Position numbers and translations under genes: made by a program. Source: an uncultured Actinomycetes bacterium (GTDB lineage: Bacteria > Actinomycetota > Thermoleophilia > UBA2241). Taken from it: a stretch of DNA of 64,000 bases. The DNA is taken from contig CAVYCN010000006.1 of the NCBI GenBank assembly GCA_963767005.1, positions 128,001 through 192,000 of the forward strand. The letters run 5' to 3'. Shown here piece by piece: positions 48,134-59,512 of this stretch. The notes under the pieces are model-generated. The model did not search any database. It saw only the letters and a program-made list of their open reading frames with translations, and was not told the DNA's origin. The stretch's first letter is position 1, and the number at the start of each line of letters is the position of its first letter.

Positions 48134-48661
48134 GTGAAGGAATACGAGTTCAGCCTGAAGTTCGCGCTCGACCCCGGGCACGTCGACATTGACGATTCGC
48201 TCGAGCTGCTCGCGCGCTGCGGCTGCGACGACACGATCGCCGGCATCGGCCAGAAGGGACGGCTGGCATTGAGCTTCCTGCGCGAGGCCGACTCACCCGA
48301 GCGCGCGGTCCTCAGCGGACTCACCGACGCCCGGTGCGCCCTCCCCCACGCCGAGCTCATCGAGGCTGCTCCGGACTTCGTGGGGCTCACCGACGTCGCC
48401 GATCTCCTGAACGTGTCCCGGCAGAACGTGCGCAAGCTGCTCTTCGGCGCCGATGCCCTGCCGCCGAAGCCGATCCACGAGGGCAGGCCGACCATCTGGC
48501 ATCTGGCGAAGGTGCTGAAATGGCTGCGGCACGAGAAGCACTACCCGGTCGACGACGACCTTCTGGCGCTGGCCGAGACGACCATGCAGGTGAACCTCGT
48601 GGTCACGCAGCGAGACGTCGACGCGGCCTCCCAGAGGGAGATCCTGGCGCGCCTCGCGTAG
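48134..48661 (+). CDS. predicted antitoxin / DNA-binding protein (HicB-like N-terminus plus HTH)
   Basis: EYEFSLKF...GCDD...G..GRLAL.F.REA.S; C-terminal PDFVGLTDVADLLNVSRQNVRKL HTH; GAGGAG RBS. Confidence 0.75.
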   Translation: MKEYEFSLKFALDPGHVDIDDSLELLARCGCDDTIAGIGQKGRLALSFLREADSPERAVLSGLTDARCALPHAELIEAAPDFVGLTDVADLLNVSRQNVRKLLFGADALPPKPIHEGRPTIWHLAKVLKWLRHEKHYPVDDDLLALAETTMQVNLVVTQRDVDAASQREILARLA

Positions 48662-48676
48662 CGACGACCGACGGGC

Positions 48677-49600
48677 CTACAGCGCTGTCTCGGCCTCGGC
48701 GCGCCCGAACACCGCTACCAGCAGGCCGGCGGCCATGATGAGCGCGCCGCCGAGCGCAGTGACCAGACCGACGCCCTGTCCGAGCAGCACCCAGGCGAAC
48801 ACCGGCGCCACGGCAGGCGTGAGAAAGCCGAGGATCGAGCTGTGCTGCACGCGGATGCGGGCCACGCCGTCGACCCACATGGCGTAGGCCAGGGCCGTGC
48901 AGAACAGGCCGAGGATGAGGGCGGCCGCCAGGTTGCGCCCGTCGAAGATCACGCCGGCTCCGATCCCCTGCCAGAGCGCAAAGGGCAGCACGAACAGGGC
49001 GTCGAGCGTGCACTCGCACGAGACGATCGTCGTGCTCGACACCTGCTCGGTGAGGCGCTTGACGATGAGCTGGAAGAACGCATAGCACCAGCCGCCGGCA
49101 AGGCCGGCCGCCAGGCCCAGAGCCGAGACGATCACACCGCCGCCGAGCAGCGTCGGCCCAAGGATGACCAGCAGGCCGGCCAGCGCCACCCCCAGCGCCG
49201 CGACCACGACCTTCTCGGTGGGCGTGCGCAGAAAGCGCGGCGCGAGCAGGGCGACCCAGACCGGCTGGATGAAGAGCAGGAACGTGGCGATCGCCACGCC
49301 GGTCGTGCGGATCGCGAAGAAGTAGCACAGCAGCGCGCCCGAGTCGAAGACGCTCATGAGGACCAGCCACGGCCACAGGTCACGGCGCGCCACGGCGCGC
49401 AGCGACGCGCGCCGCACGAAGAGCAGGTCGAGGGCCAGGGCAGCCACGGCGAGGCGCATGAAGAGCAGCACGGCGCTCGGCGCGGTCGCCCAGCTCACCA
49501 GGCTGCCGCTCACCCCGACGATGACGAACGAGGCCGCCACGAGCGCGTAGCCGAGCGGGTCGCGGGCGACCGCCGTGGTCGAGATCTCGGTCTGTGCCAC
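48677..49600 (-). CDS. EamA/DMT family transporter
   Basis: About ten TM helices in two repeats; A.FLLFIQPVWVALLA; LTPAVAPVFAWVLLG. Confidence 0.9.
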   Translation of the reverse strand: MAQTEISTTAVARDPLGYALVAASFVIVGVSGSLVSWATAPSAVLLFMRLAVAALALDLLFVRRASLRAVARRDLWPWLVLMSVFDSGALLCYFFAIRTTGVAIATFLLFIQPVWVALLAPRFLRTPTEKVVVAALGVALAGLLVILGPTLLGGGVIVSALGLAAGLAGGWCYAFFQLIVKRLTEQVSSTTIVSCECTLDALFVLPFALWQGIGAGVIFDGRNLAAALILGLFCTALAYAMWVDGVARIRVQHSSILGFLTPAVAPVFAWVLLGQGVGLVTALGGALIMAAGLLVAVFGRAEAETAL

Positions 49601-49658
49601 GTACTCCTTCTCGCTTCGGGCGGGCCGCCCCGAGGGTGACGACGACCTCCCTCAGGCC

Positions 49659-50441
49659 TCAGCCGCCGGCGACGACCGGGTTCGCCAGCTCCCCCACGCC
49701 CTCGACCGCCACGCTCACGATCTGACCGGCCGCGAGCGGCCCGACCCCGGGCGGCGTGCCGGTCATGAGGCAGTCGCCGGGCTCGAGCGTCATGATGCCC
49801 GACACGAAGACGAGCAGGTCGAGCGGCGAGACGATCATGTCGCCCACCCTCCCCCGCTGCACGACGTGGCCGTCGAGGGCCGCCGTGACCGCGGCCGCGG
49901 CCGGCGGCGCGTCGCGCACCGCCCAGGGACCGAGCGGGCAGAAGGTGTCGAAGCTCTTGGCGCGGGTCCACTGGCCGTCGACCTTCTGCAGGTCGCGCGC
50001 CGTGACGTCGTTGCCGCAGGTGTAGCCGGCGACGGCGTCGGCGGCGGCCGCCGCCGTGAGTGAGCGGCTGCGCCGCCCGACGATCAGCACGAGCTCGGCC
50101 TCGTAGTCGACCTGGGCCGAGGCCGGCGGCATCACGATCGGCTCGCCGGGACCGATCACCGCCGTCGCCGGCTTCACGAAGATGATGGGTTCGGCCTTGG
50201 TCTCCATGGCGAGCTCGGCGGCGTGGGCGCGGTAGTTGAGGCCGACGGCGACGACCTTGGCGGGCGCGACCGGCGCCAGCCTGCACAGGCCGGCGAGCGG
50301 CACGACGGCCTGCTCGACGGCGCCGGGCTCGTAGGCCGGCCGGTCGAGCAGGCGGGCGTCCTCGCCGTCGACCACGCAGTGGCGCGGCACGCCGTCGACC
50401 AGCACGCGGCCGAAGGGCAGCCGGTCGAGGCCGCCGCTCAT
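49659..50441 (-). CDS. fumarylacetoacetate hydrolase family protein
   Basis: VGLNYRAH, DYEAEL, GNDVTARDLQ, RAKSFDTFCPLGP, TGTPPG. Confidence 0.95.
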   Translation of the reverse strand: MSGGLDRLPFGRVLVDGVPRHCVVDGEDARLLDRPAYEPGAVEQAVVPLAGLCRLAPVAPAKVVAVGLNYRAHAAELAMETKAEPIIFVKPATAVIGPGEPIVMPPASAQVDYEAELVLIVGRRSRSLTAAAAADAVAGYTCGNDVTARDLQKVDGQWTRAKSFDTFCPLGPWAVRDAPPAAAAVTAALDGHVVQRGRVGDMIVSPLDLLVFVSGIMTLEPGDCLMTGTPPGVGPLAAGQIVSVAVEGVGELANPVVAGG

Positions 50442-52066
50442 CGGCCCGGCTCGCCGGCCGGCTGCACGGGCGCTTGGCCGGCGCCGTGCCCGCCCGCGCC
50501 GGCCGCGCCGTGCAGCATGCCGTACTCGATCGAGTCGACGAGGGCCAGCCAGCTCGCCTCGATGATGTTCTCGGACACGCCGATGCTGCCCCAGGTGCGC
50601 TCGCCGTCGCTGGCGTCGAGCAGCACGCGGGTGATGGCGCCGGTGCCCTTGTCCTCGTCTAGGATGCGCACCTTGTAGTTGACGAGGTCGATCTCGCCGA
50701 GGTGCGGGTACTTGCGCACGATCGCCAGGCGCAGGGCGTTGTCGAGGGCGTTCACCGGGCCGTTGCCCTCGCCGGTGGCGACGACGCGCTCGCCGCCGGC
50801 GTGCACCTTGACCGTGGCCTCGGTGGCCACGCGGCCGTCCTCGCGCTTCTCGACGATCACGCGGAAGCTCTCGAGGCGGAACAGCGGGCGCCGGCCGCCG
50901 AGCTCGTCGTGCAGGAACAGGTCGAACGAGGCGTCGGCCGCCTCGTAGTGGTAGCCCTCGTGCTCCTTCTGCTTCAAGTGCCGCAACGCGCTTCCGACAC
51001 GCTCGTCGTCGGGGTCGAGCGCAAAGCCGAGCTCGCGCGCCTTGCGCAGCACGGCGCCCTTGCCCGACAGCTCCGAGATGAGCACGCGCTGCTCGTTGCC
51101 GACGCGCGCCGGGTCGATGTGCTCGAAGGTCTGCGGCATGGCCTCGACCGCGGCGACGTGCAGGCCGCCCTTGTGGGCGAAGGCGCTGCGCCCCACGTAG
51201 GGCTGGTGGGCCGAGGGCGAGAGGTTGACGACCTCGGCCACGAAGTTGGCCGTCTCGGTGAGCCGCTCGAGCTGCTCGTCGCTCACCACCGGCAGGCCCA
51301 TCTTGAGCACGAGCCCGGGGATGATCGAGGTGAGGTTGGCGTTGCCGCAGCGCTCGCCGTAGCCGTTCATCGTGCCCTGCACCTGCACGGCGCCGGCGGC
51401 TACGGCCACGAGCGAGTTGGCGACGGCGCAGTCGGCGTCGTTGTGGCAGTGCACTCCGAGCGGCGCGTCCAGGTCGCCGGCGACCTCGGTCACGACGCGC
51501 TGCAGCGTGGGCGGCAGGGTGGCGCCGCTCGTGTCGCACAGGCAGAGCAGCTCGGCGCCCGCCTCGTAGGCGGCGCGCAGCGTGCGCAACGCGTAAGCGG
51601 CGTCGTCGGCCCAGCCGTCGAAGAAGTGCTCGGCGTCGAAGATGACGCGTTTTCCCTGCGCCACGAGAAAACCGACCGAGTCGGCGATCATGCGCAGGTT
51701 CTCGTCGCGGCTCACGCGCAGCACGGCGCGCAGATGCAGGCCCCAGGTCTTGCCGACGATCGTCACGACCGGCGTGGCGGCGTCGGCCAGCACGCGCAGG
51801 CCGGGGTCGGCGTCGGCCCGCGCCCCTTTGCGTCGCGTGGTGCCGAAGGCGGCGAGCACGGCGTGGCGCAGGCGCTCGCGCTCCATGCGCTCGAAGAACT
51901 CCGTCTCCTTGGGGTTCGAGGCTGGGAAACCGCCCTCGATGAAGTGCAGGCCGAGCTCGTCGAGCCGCAGGGCGATGCGCACCTTCTCGTCGACCGAGAC
52001 CGACAGGCCCTCCTGCTGCAGCCCGTCGCGCAGCGTGGTGTCGTAGATCGTGACGGCGCCGGCCAC
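50438..52066 (-). CDS. cimA: citramalate synthase
   Basis: YDTTLRDG.Q.EG, DAEHFFDG, HCHND, NGYGERCGNA, FAHKGGLH, GNGPVNALD. Confidence 0.95.
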   Translation of the reverse strand: MAGAVTIYDTTLRDGLQQEGLSVSVDEKVRIALRLDELGLHFIEGGFPASNPKETEFFERMERERLRHAVLAAFGTTRRKGARADADPGLRVLADAATPVVTIVGKTWGLHLRAVLRVSRDENLRMIADSVGFLVAQGKRVIFDAEHFFDGWADDAAYALRTLRAAYEAGAELLCLCDTSGATLPPTLQRVVTEVAGDLDAPLGVHCHNDADCAVANSLVAVAAGAVQVQGTMNGYGERCGNANLTSIIPGLVLKMGLPVVSDEQLERLTETANFVAEVVNLSPSAHQPYVGRSAFAHKGGLHVAAVEAMPQTFEHIDPARVGNEQRVLISELSGKGAVLRKARELGFALDPDDERVGSALRHLKQKEHEGYHYEAADASFDLFLHDELGGRRPLFRLESFRVIVEKREDGRVATEATVKVHAGGERVVATGEGNGPVNALDNALRLAIVRKYPHLGEIDLVNYKVRILDEDKGTGAITRVLLDASDGERTWGSIGVSENIIEASWLALVDSIEYGMLHGAAGAGGHGAGQAPVQPAGEPGR

Positions 52067-52095
52067 GGCGGGCCTCCTCTTCCCTGCTTCTTCGC

Positions 52096-53028
52096 CTAGG
52101 CCTTGACGGCCTCGTCGACGTACTCGAGGAAGTGACCGAACGCGGCGCTGCGGCCGGCCACGATCTCGTGGAAGACGCGCTGGATCTCGCGGGTGATGGG
52201 GCCCGGCTCACCGATCGGATGGTCGTCGATCTCGCGGATCGGCACGATCTCGGCGGCGGTGCCGCTGAAGAAGGCCTCGTCGGCGAACACCAGGTCGGCG
52301 CGGCTGAAGTCGCGCTCGAGCACCTCGTGACCGAGCGACGCCGCGATGCGGATGACGGTATCGCGCGTGATGCCCTCGAGCACGCCCGAGACGAGCGGCG
52401 GCGTGTAGATGTGACCGCCGCGCACCATGAAGACGTTCTCGCCGGTGCCCTGGGCGACGTAGCCGGCGTAGTTCAGCATGATCGCCTCTTCGTAGCCGCC
52501 CTTCACGACCTCGATCTTGGCGAGCTGGCTGTTCAGGTACTGGCCGCACGACTTGGCCGCCGGCGAGATCGCGTTGTGGTCGAGGCTCTTGATCGACGAG
52601 ACCTTGACGCGCACGCCGTGGGCGACGCCCTCGTCGCCCAGGTAGGTGCCCCACGGCCAGACCGCGATCGACGCCTCGATCGGCGCGCCCAGCGGGTAGA
52701 GACCCATCTCGCCGTAGCCGCGGAACACGAGCGGCCTGATGTAGCAGTGCTCGAGGCCGTTGGCGTGGATCAGCTCCTTGGTGGCCTGGGCGAGCTCGGA
52801 CACGCTGTAGGGCAGCTCCATGTAGTAGAGCTTGGCCGAACGGCCGAGGCGCTCGAGGTGGTCAGTCAGGCGAAAGACCGCGGGGCCACGCTCGGTCTTG
52901 TAGGCGCGGATGCCCTCGAAGACCCCGGAGCCGTAGTGCAGCGCGTGGCTGAGCACGTGGACCTTGGCGTCGCCCCAGTCCACGAGCTCGCCGTTCATCC
53001 AGATCTTGTCGACTGCGGGGATGGGCAT
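52096..53028 (-). CDS. ilvE: branched-chain amino acid aminotransferase
   Basis: HALHYGSGVFEGIRAY, AK..GQYLNS, GENVF, LEGITR, GTAAEI. Confidence 0.96.
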   Translation of the reverse strand: MPIPAVDKIWMNGELVDWGDAKVHVLSHALHYGSGVFEGIRAYKTERGPAVFRLTDHLERLGRSAKLYYMELPYSVSELAQATKELIHANGLEHCYIRPLVFRGYGEMGLYPLGAPIEASIAVWPWGTYLGDEGVAHGVRVKVSSIKSLDHNAISPAAKSCGQYLNSQLAKIEVVKGGYEEAIMLNYAGYVAQGTGENVFMVRGGHIYTPPLVSGVLEGITRDTVIRIAASLGHEVLERDFSRADLVFADEAFFSGTAAEIVPIREIDDHPIGEPGPITREIQRVFHEIVAGRSAAFGHFLEYVDEAVKA

Positions 53029-53040
53029 GTACTCCTCCTT

Positions 53041-54105
53041 CTACAGCGCCGCGATCACGCGGTCGGTCATTTCGGCAGTGGTCAGCACGGGCTCGCCCGG
53101 GGCGGCGATGTCGGCCGTGCGCGCGCCGGCGGCGAGCGCCGTCTCGACGGCGCTCTCGACGGCGCGCGCCGCGTCGGGCAGGCCGAGCGAGAGCTCGAGC
53201 ATCAGGGCCGCCGAGAGGATGGTGGCGCAGGGGTTCACGACGCCGCGCCCGGCGATGTCGGGCGCCGAGCCGTGGATGGGCTCGTAGAGCGACACGCCGC
53301 CGGCGCCCACGCTGGCGCTGGGCAGCATGCCGATGCTGCCGGTGAGCATGGCGGCTTCGTCGGACAGGATGTCGCCGAACAGGTTCTCGGTCGCGATCAC
53401 GTCGAACTGGCGCGGGTCGCGGATGAGCTGCATGGCGCAGTTGTCGACGTACATGTGGCGCAGCTCGATGTCGGGGTGGCGCGCGGCGGCGCGCAGCGCC
53501 GCCGCGCGCCACAGCCGCGAGCTCTCGAGCACGTTGGCCTTGTCGACCGAGTGCACCAGGCCGCGCCGCCGGGCGGCGAGGCCGAAGGCGTAGTCGAGCA
53601 GGCGGTCGCACTCGGCCGCCGTGTAGAGCATGGTGTCGTAGGCCGAGTCGCCGACCCGCTCGCGCTTGCCGAAGTAGACGCCGCCGGTGAGCTCGCGCAC
53701 CACGACCAGGTCGACGCCGGCGATGGTGCCGGCCTTGATCGTGCTGTTGCCGGCGAGGGCGGCGAAGCTGCGGACCGGGCGCAGGTTGGCGAACAGCTCG
53801 AGGCCCTTGCGCAGGCCGAGCAGGCCCTGCTCGGGGCGCGGTTTGTCGGGGTCGGTCGACTCCCACTTCGGGCCGCCGACGGCGCCGAGCAGCACCGCGT
53901 CGCAGGCCCGGCAGCGCTCGTAGAGGCCGTCCTCGGTGTGCGTGCCGAGGTCGTCGATCGCGGCGCCGCCGAGCAGGCCCCGCTCGTAGGCGAGCGAGAA
54001 GTCGAAGCGCTCGCCGGCCGCCGCGAGCACGCGCTGCGCGGCCGCCACGATCTCGGGGCCGACGCCGTCGCCGGCCAGCACCATCACCCGAAACGAGGCG
54101 GTCAC
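53041..54105 (-). CDS. leuB: 3-isopropylmalate dehydrogenase
   Basis: [51 protein letters not shown]. Confidence 0.98.
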   Translation of the reverse strand: MTASFRVMVLAGDGVGPEIVAAAQRVLAAAGERFDFSLAYERGLLGGAAIDDLGTHTEDGLYERCRACDAVLLGAVGGPKWESTDPDKPRPEQGLLGLRKGLELFANLRPVRSFAALAGNSTIKAGTIAGVDLVVVRELTGGVYFGKRERVGDSAYDTMLYTAAECDRLLDYAFGLAARRRGLVHSVDKANVLESSRLWRAAALRAAARHPDIELRHMYVDNCAMQLIRDPRQFDVIATENLFGDILSDEAAMLTGSIGMLPSASVGAGGVSLYEPIHGSAPDIAGRGVVNPCATILSAALMLELSLGLPDAARAVESAVETALAAGARTADIAAPGEPVLTTAEMTDRVIAAL

Positions 54106-54175
54106 GAGCGGCCTCCGCTGGTCACGGCCGGCACTCGGCCGGGCGTTTCGGGCGCGGGCCGCCGCGGGCCGGGGC

Positions 54176-54688
54176 TCATGCCCCGCCCTCGGCCAGGCGC
54201 GCCTTGACGTAGGGCAGCAGGCCGCCGCTGGCGATCAGCTCCTGCATGAACGGCGGGAACGCGTCGCCCTGGTGCCTGGTGCCGCGCGTCAGGTTTTCGA
54301 CCAGGCCGGCGACCGCGTCGACCCGCAGGCGGTCGCCCGCCTGGGCCTCGGCCGCGGCGGCCGGACAGACTACGATCGGCAGGCCGATATTGAGCGCGTT
54401 GCGGTAGAAGATGCGGGCAAAGGAGGCGGCCACCACGCAGGAGACGCCGGCCGCCTTGATGGCGAGCGGGGCGTGCTCGCGCGAGCTGCCGCAGCCGAAG
54501 TTCTCGCGGGCGACGATCACGTCGCCCGGCTGCACGCGAGCCACGAAGCCGGCGTCGATGTCCTCCATGCAGTGCGCGCCGAGCTCGGCCGGGTCGCTCG
54601 AGTTGAGGTAGCGGGCCGGGATGATGACGTCGGTGTCGACGTCGCGCCCGTAGGCGTGGACCGTGCCCTCGAAGACCATGCCGGTCAC
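54176..54688 (-). CDS. leuD: 3-isopropylmalate dehydratase small subunit
   Basis: [33 protein letters not shown]. Confidence 0.96.
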   Translation of the reverse strand: MTGMVFEGTVHAYGRDVDTDVIIPARYLNSSDPAELGAHCMEDIDAGFVARVQPGDVIVARENFGCGSSREHAPLAIKAAGVSCVVAASFARIFYRNALNIGLPIVVCPAAAAEAQAGDRLRVDAVAGLVENLTRGTRHQGDAFPPFMQELIASGGLLPYVKARLAEGGA

Positions 54689-55997
54689 GACGCACCTCCC
54701 GCGCTCACGCCACGAGCCACCGCGCCCACCATGTCGGGCGTGGCCACGTGCCCGGCGATCGCCGAGGCGGCCGCCACGTAGGGGCTCGCCAGATAGACCT
54801 CGCTGCCGGGATGGCCCATGCGGCCCACGAAGTTGCGGTTGGTGGTGGCCACGGCGCGCTCGCCCTCGGCGAGGACGCCCATGTGGCCGCCCAGGCAGGG
54901 CCCGCAGGTCGGCGTGCTGAAGGCGCCGCCGGCCTCGATCAGGGCCGCCATGGTGCCGTCGGCCAGGGCGTCGAGGCAGACCTGCTGGGTGCCCGGCAGG
55001 ATGACGAGGCGCACGTCGGGATGGACCGTACGGCCGCGCAGCACCTCGACCGCCTGGTGCAAGTCCTCGAGGCGGCCGTTCGTGCACGAGCCGATCACGA
55101 CCTGGTCGATGCGCACGTCGGCGAGGCTCGCCGCCGGCGCCGTGTTGGAGGGCAGGTGCGGCGCCGCCACGGTCGGCTCGACGGCCGCCGCGTCGATCTC
55201 GATCTCGCGCGCGTAGACCGCGTCGGGATCGCTGTTGCACTCGGCCCCGCCGGTGCGGCCGCGGCTGCCGGCCGGGCGCTCGCGCAGGTAGGCAGCGGTG
55301 GTCTCGTCGTAGCCGACGAGGCCGCACTTGGCGCCGGCCTCGATCGCCATGTTGCACATCGTGAAGCGCCCGTCGATGCTCATGCGCTTGATGGCCGGGC
55401 CGGTGAGCTCCATCGCCTGGTAGAGGGCGCCGTCGACGCCGATCAGGCCGATCGTGTGGAGCATGAGGTCCTTGCCGCCGACGTAGCGCTGCGGCAGGTT
55501 GTGGTAGACGAAGCGGATGCTCTCGGGCACCCGCAGCCAGACGCGGCCCCAGGCCATGGCGGCCGCGAAGTCGGTCGAGCCGATGCCGGTCGAGAAGGCG
55601 GCGAGGGCGCCGTACGTGCAGGTGTGCGAGTCGGCGCCGACCACGACGTCGCCGGGCGCCACGAGCCCCTGCTCGGGCAGCAGCACGTGCTCGATGCCGA
55701 CGCGGCCGACCTCCCAGTAGTGCTCGAGGTGCTGCCTGCGGGCGAACTCGCGCATGAGCTTGGCCTGGCCGGCCGCCTTGATGTCCTTGTTGGGCGTGAA
55801 GTGGTCGGGCACGAGGACCACCTTCGCCGGGTCGAAGACGCGCTCGAAGCCGGCCCTCTCGAACTCGGCGATGCCGATCGGTGCCGTCACATCGTTGGCC
55901 AGGGCCAGGTCGACGCGGGCCTCGACGATGTCGCCGGGCCAGACCTCGTCGCGGCCCGACGCGCGCGCCAGGATCTTCTCTACGATCGTGTGTCCCA

Positions 55998-55998
<1 letters not shown>
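54685..55998 (-). CDS. leuC: 3-isopropylmalate dehydratase large subunit
   Basis: [35 protein letters not shown]. Confidence 0.97.
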
Positions 55999-57632
<1,634 letters not shown>

Positions 57633-57737
57633 GGCTCACTCCTCTCCAGGCTCGGCGACACGCAAAAACGGCGCCCTGAGCGCTGGCGATGACGGTCCTG
57701 CAAGAACGAGAGTCGGATGGCCGAGCGGCCGCAGGTG

Positions 57738-57842
57738 TTAGGCATCCCCCCGCGGGGGGAGGAGGAGCGCGCCGAGGACGGACAGGGGCCGGACATGGAT
57801 GGGGCCCTCCTGACGGGTGTCGCTTGTCGTCCTGCTGCGCAT
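57738..57842 (-). CDS. putative leucine leader peptide (34 aa)
   Basis: MRSRTTSDTRQEGPIHVRPLSVLGALLLPPRGDA*; five Leu codons near the end including CTC CTC CTC; TACAAT -10 box 9 nt upstream; about 100 nt before leuA. Confidence 0.6.
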   Translation of the reverse strand: MRSRTTSDTRQEGPIHVRPLSVLGALLLPPRGDA

Positions 57843-57864
57843 GGTCCGGCAATTGTATGCGGGC

Positions 57865-57898
57865 GGGCGAGGGCGGCGCAAGCGCGCCGCCCTCGCCC
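57865..57898 (-). terminator. hairpin after serA
   Basis: GGGCGAGGGCGGCGC-AAGC-GCGCCGCCCTCGCCC, 15-bp perfect stem. Confidence 0.65.
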
Positions 57899-57913
57899 TT
57901 CTCCCCCGCGCCG

Positions 57914-59512
57914 CTACAGCCGCACGCGCTTGCCGTCGTGCAGGCCGGCCTCGCGGATCAGGCCCTGGAGGTCCTCCTGGGGGATCGGCGAGTCGAGCGT
58001 GAGCGCCATCACGGCCTTGCGGTCGGCCAGGGTGCGGCCCACCGACATCTGGGCGATGTTGATGCCCAGAGCGCCGAGCTTGGTGCCGATCTTGCCTATC
58101 ATGCCGGGCACGTCGTCGTAGCGCAGAAAGACCATGTGCTCGGCCGGCTCGATGTCGACGTCCTGGCCGTAGATGCGCACCAGGCGCGGCTTGTGCTTGG
58201 GCCCGATCGCGGTCGCCGACAGCGCCAGGTCGCCGCCGCGGTCGCGGCTCGTCACGGTGATCAGGTTGAGGTAGTCGACCGCCTCGGGCTTGCGGACCTC
58301 CTTGAAGGTGATGCCGCGCTCCTCGGCCATGGCCGTCACGTTGACGAAGTTGACCTCGCCCTCGACCACGTTCGAGAGCACGCCGGAGAGCACGCTCAGC
58401 GCCAGGATGCGGGTGTCGTAGCGGCTGATCACGCCCTCGTAGGTGATCTCGAGGGCCTCGACTGGGCCTTCGGCGAGCTGCACCGTGGCCTTGCCGAGCA
58501 GCTCGCAGGCGCGCAGGTAGGGCAGCAGCTCGTCGGCCTCGTCGCCGAGGGTGAGCGGCACGTTCACGGCGTTGGGCGCGAACTGGCCCTTGAGCGCCAG
58601 GGCGACCTGCTCGGCGACCTGGGTGCCGGCCCGGAGCTGCGCCTCCTTGGTGGAGGCGCCCAGGTGCGGCGTGCTCACCACCTGGTCGTAGGCGAGCAGC
58701 GGGTCGTCGGTGGTGGGCTCGGTGGGCCACACGTCGATCGCGGCGCCGGCGACCTTGCCGCTCTCGAGGGCGCGCCCGAGCGCCGCCTCGTCGATGATCC
58801 CGCCGCGCGCCACGTTGATGACGCGCACGCCGTCCTTCATGGCGGCGAAAGCCGCATCGCCGATGAAGCCGATCGTCTCGGCGTTCTTGGGCAGGTGCAC
58901 GGTGACGAAGTCGGCCACGGCGTAGACCGCCTCGGCCGTGTCGGCGCGCTGCAGGCCGAGCTCGCGGAAGCGCTCGGCCGGCACGAACGGGTCGAAGGCC
59001 ACCACGTGCATGCCTAGACCGCGGGCTCGCTCGGCCACGAGAAAGCCGATGCGCCCCAGGCCGATGATGCCGAGGGTCTTGTCGGCGAGCTCGACACCGC
59101 CGTACTTGGAGCGGTCCCAGCGGCCCGCCTTGAGGGCGCCGTGGGCCTGCGGGATGTTGCGGGCGCAGGCCATCAGCATGGCGATCGTGTGCTCGGCCGC
59201 CGACAGCACGTTGCTGGCCGGCGCGTTCACCACGATGATGCCGCGCCTGGTGGCCGCCGGCACGTCGACGTTGTCGACACCCACGCCGGCGCGACCCACT
59301 ACCTTGAGGTTGCGCGCCGCCTCGATCACCTCGGCCGTCACCTTGGTGGCCGAGCGCACGAGCAGGGCGTCGTAGTCGCCGATGCGCGCGAGGAACTCCT
59401 CGGGCGTCCAGTCGAGCCCGGTGTCGACGGCGAAGCCCTGCTCCTTCAGGTAGGCGATGCCCTCGGGGGCGAGCTTCTCCTTGACCAGGACCTTCTTGGG
59501 CTCGTCGCTCAC
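57914..59512 (-). CDS. serA: D-3-phosphoglycerate dehydrogenase
   Basis: GRAGVGVDNVD, GLGRIG, INVARGG, TPHLGAST.EAQ, C-terminal ACT domain. Confidence 0.97.
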   Translation of the reverse strand: MSDEPKKVLVKEKLAPEGIAYLKEQGFAVDTGLDWTPEEFLARIGDYDALLVRSATKVTAEVIEAARNLKVVGRAGVGVDNVDVPAATRRGIIVVNAPASNVLSAAEHTIAMLMACARNIPQAHGALKAGRWDRSKYGGVELADKTLGIIGLGRIGFLVAERARGLGMHVVAFDPFVPAERFRELGLQRADTAEAVYAVADFVTVHLPKNAETIGFIGDAAFAAMKDGVRVINVARGGIIDEAALGRALESGKVAGAAIDVWPTEPTTDDPLLAYDQVVSTPHLGASTKEAQLRAGTQVAEQVALALKGQFAPNAVNVPLTLGDEADELLPYLRACELLGKATVQLAEGPVEALEITYEGVISRYDTRILALSVLSGVLSNVVEGEVNFVNVTAMAEERGITFKEVRKPEAVDYLNLITVTSRDRGGDLALSATAIGPKHKPRLVRIYGQDVDIEPAEHMVFLRYDDVPGMIGKIGTKLGALGINIAQMSVGRTLADRKAVMALTLDSPIPQEDLQGLIREAGLHDGKRVRL

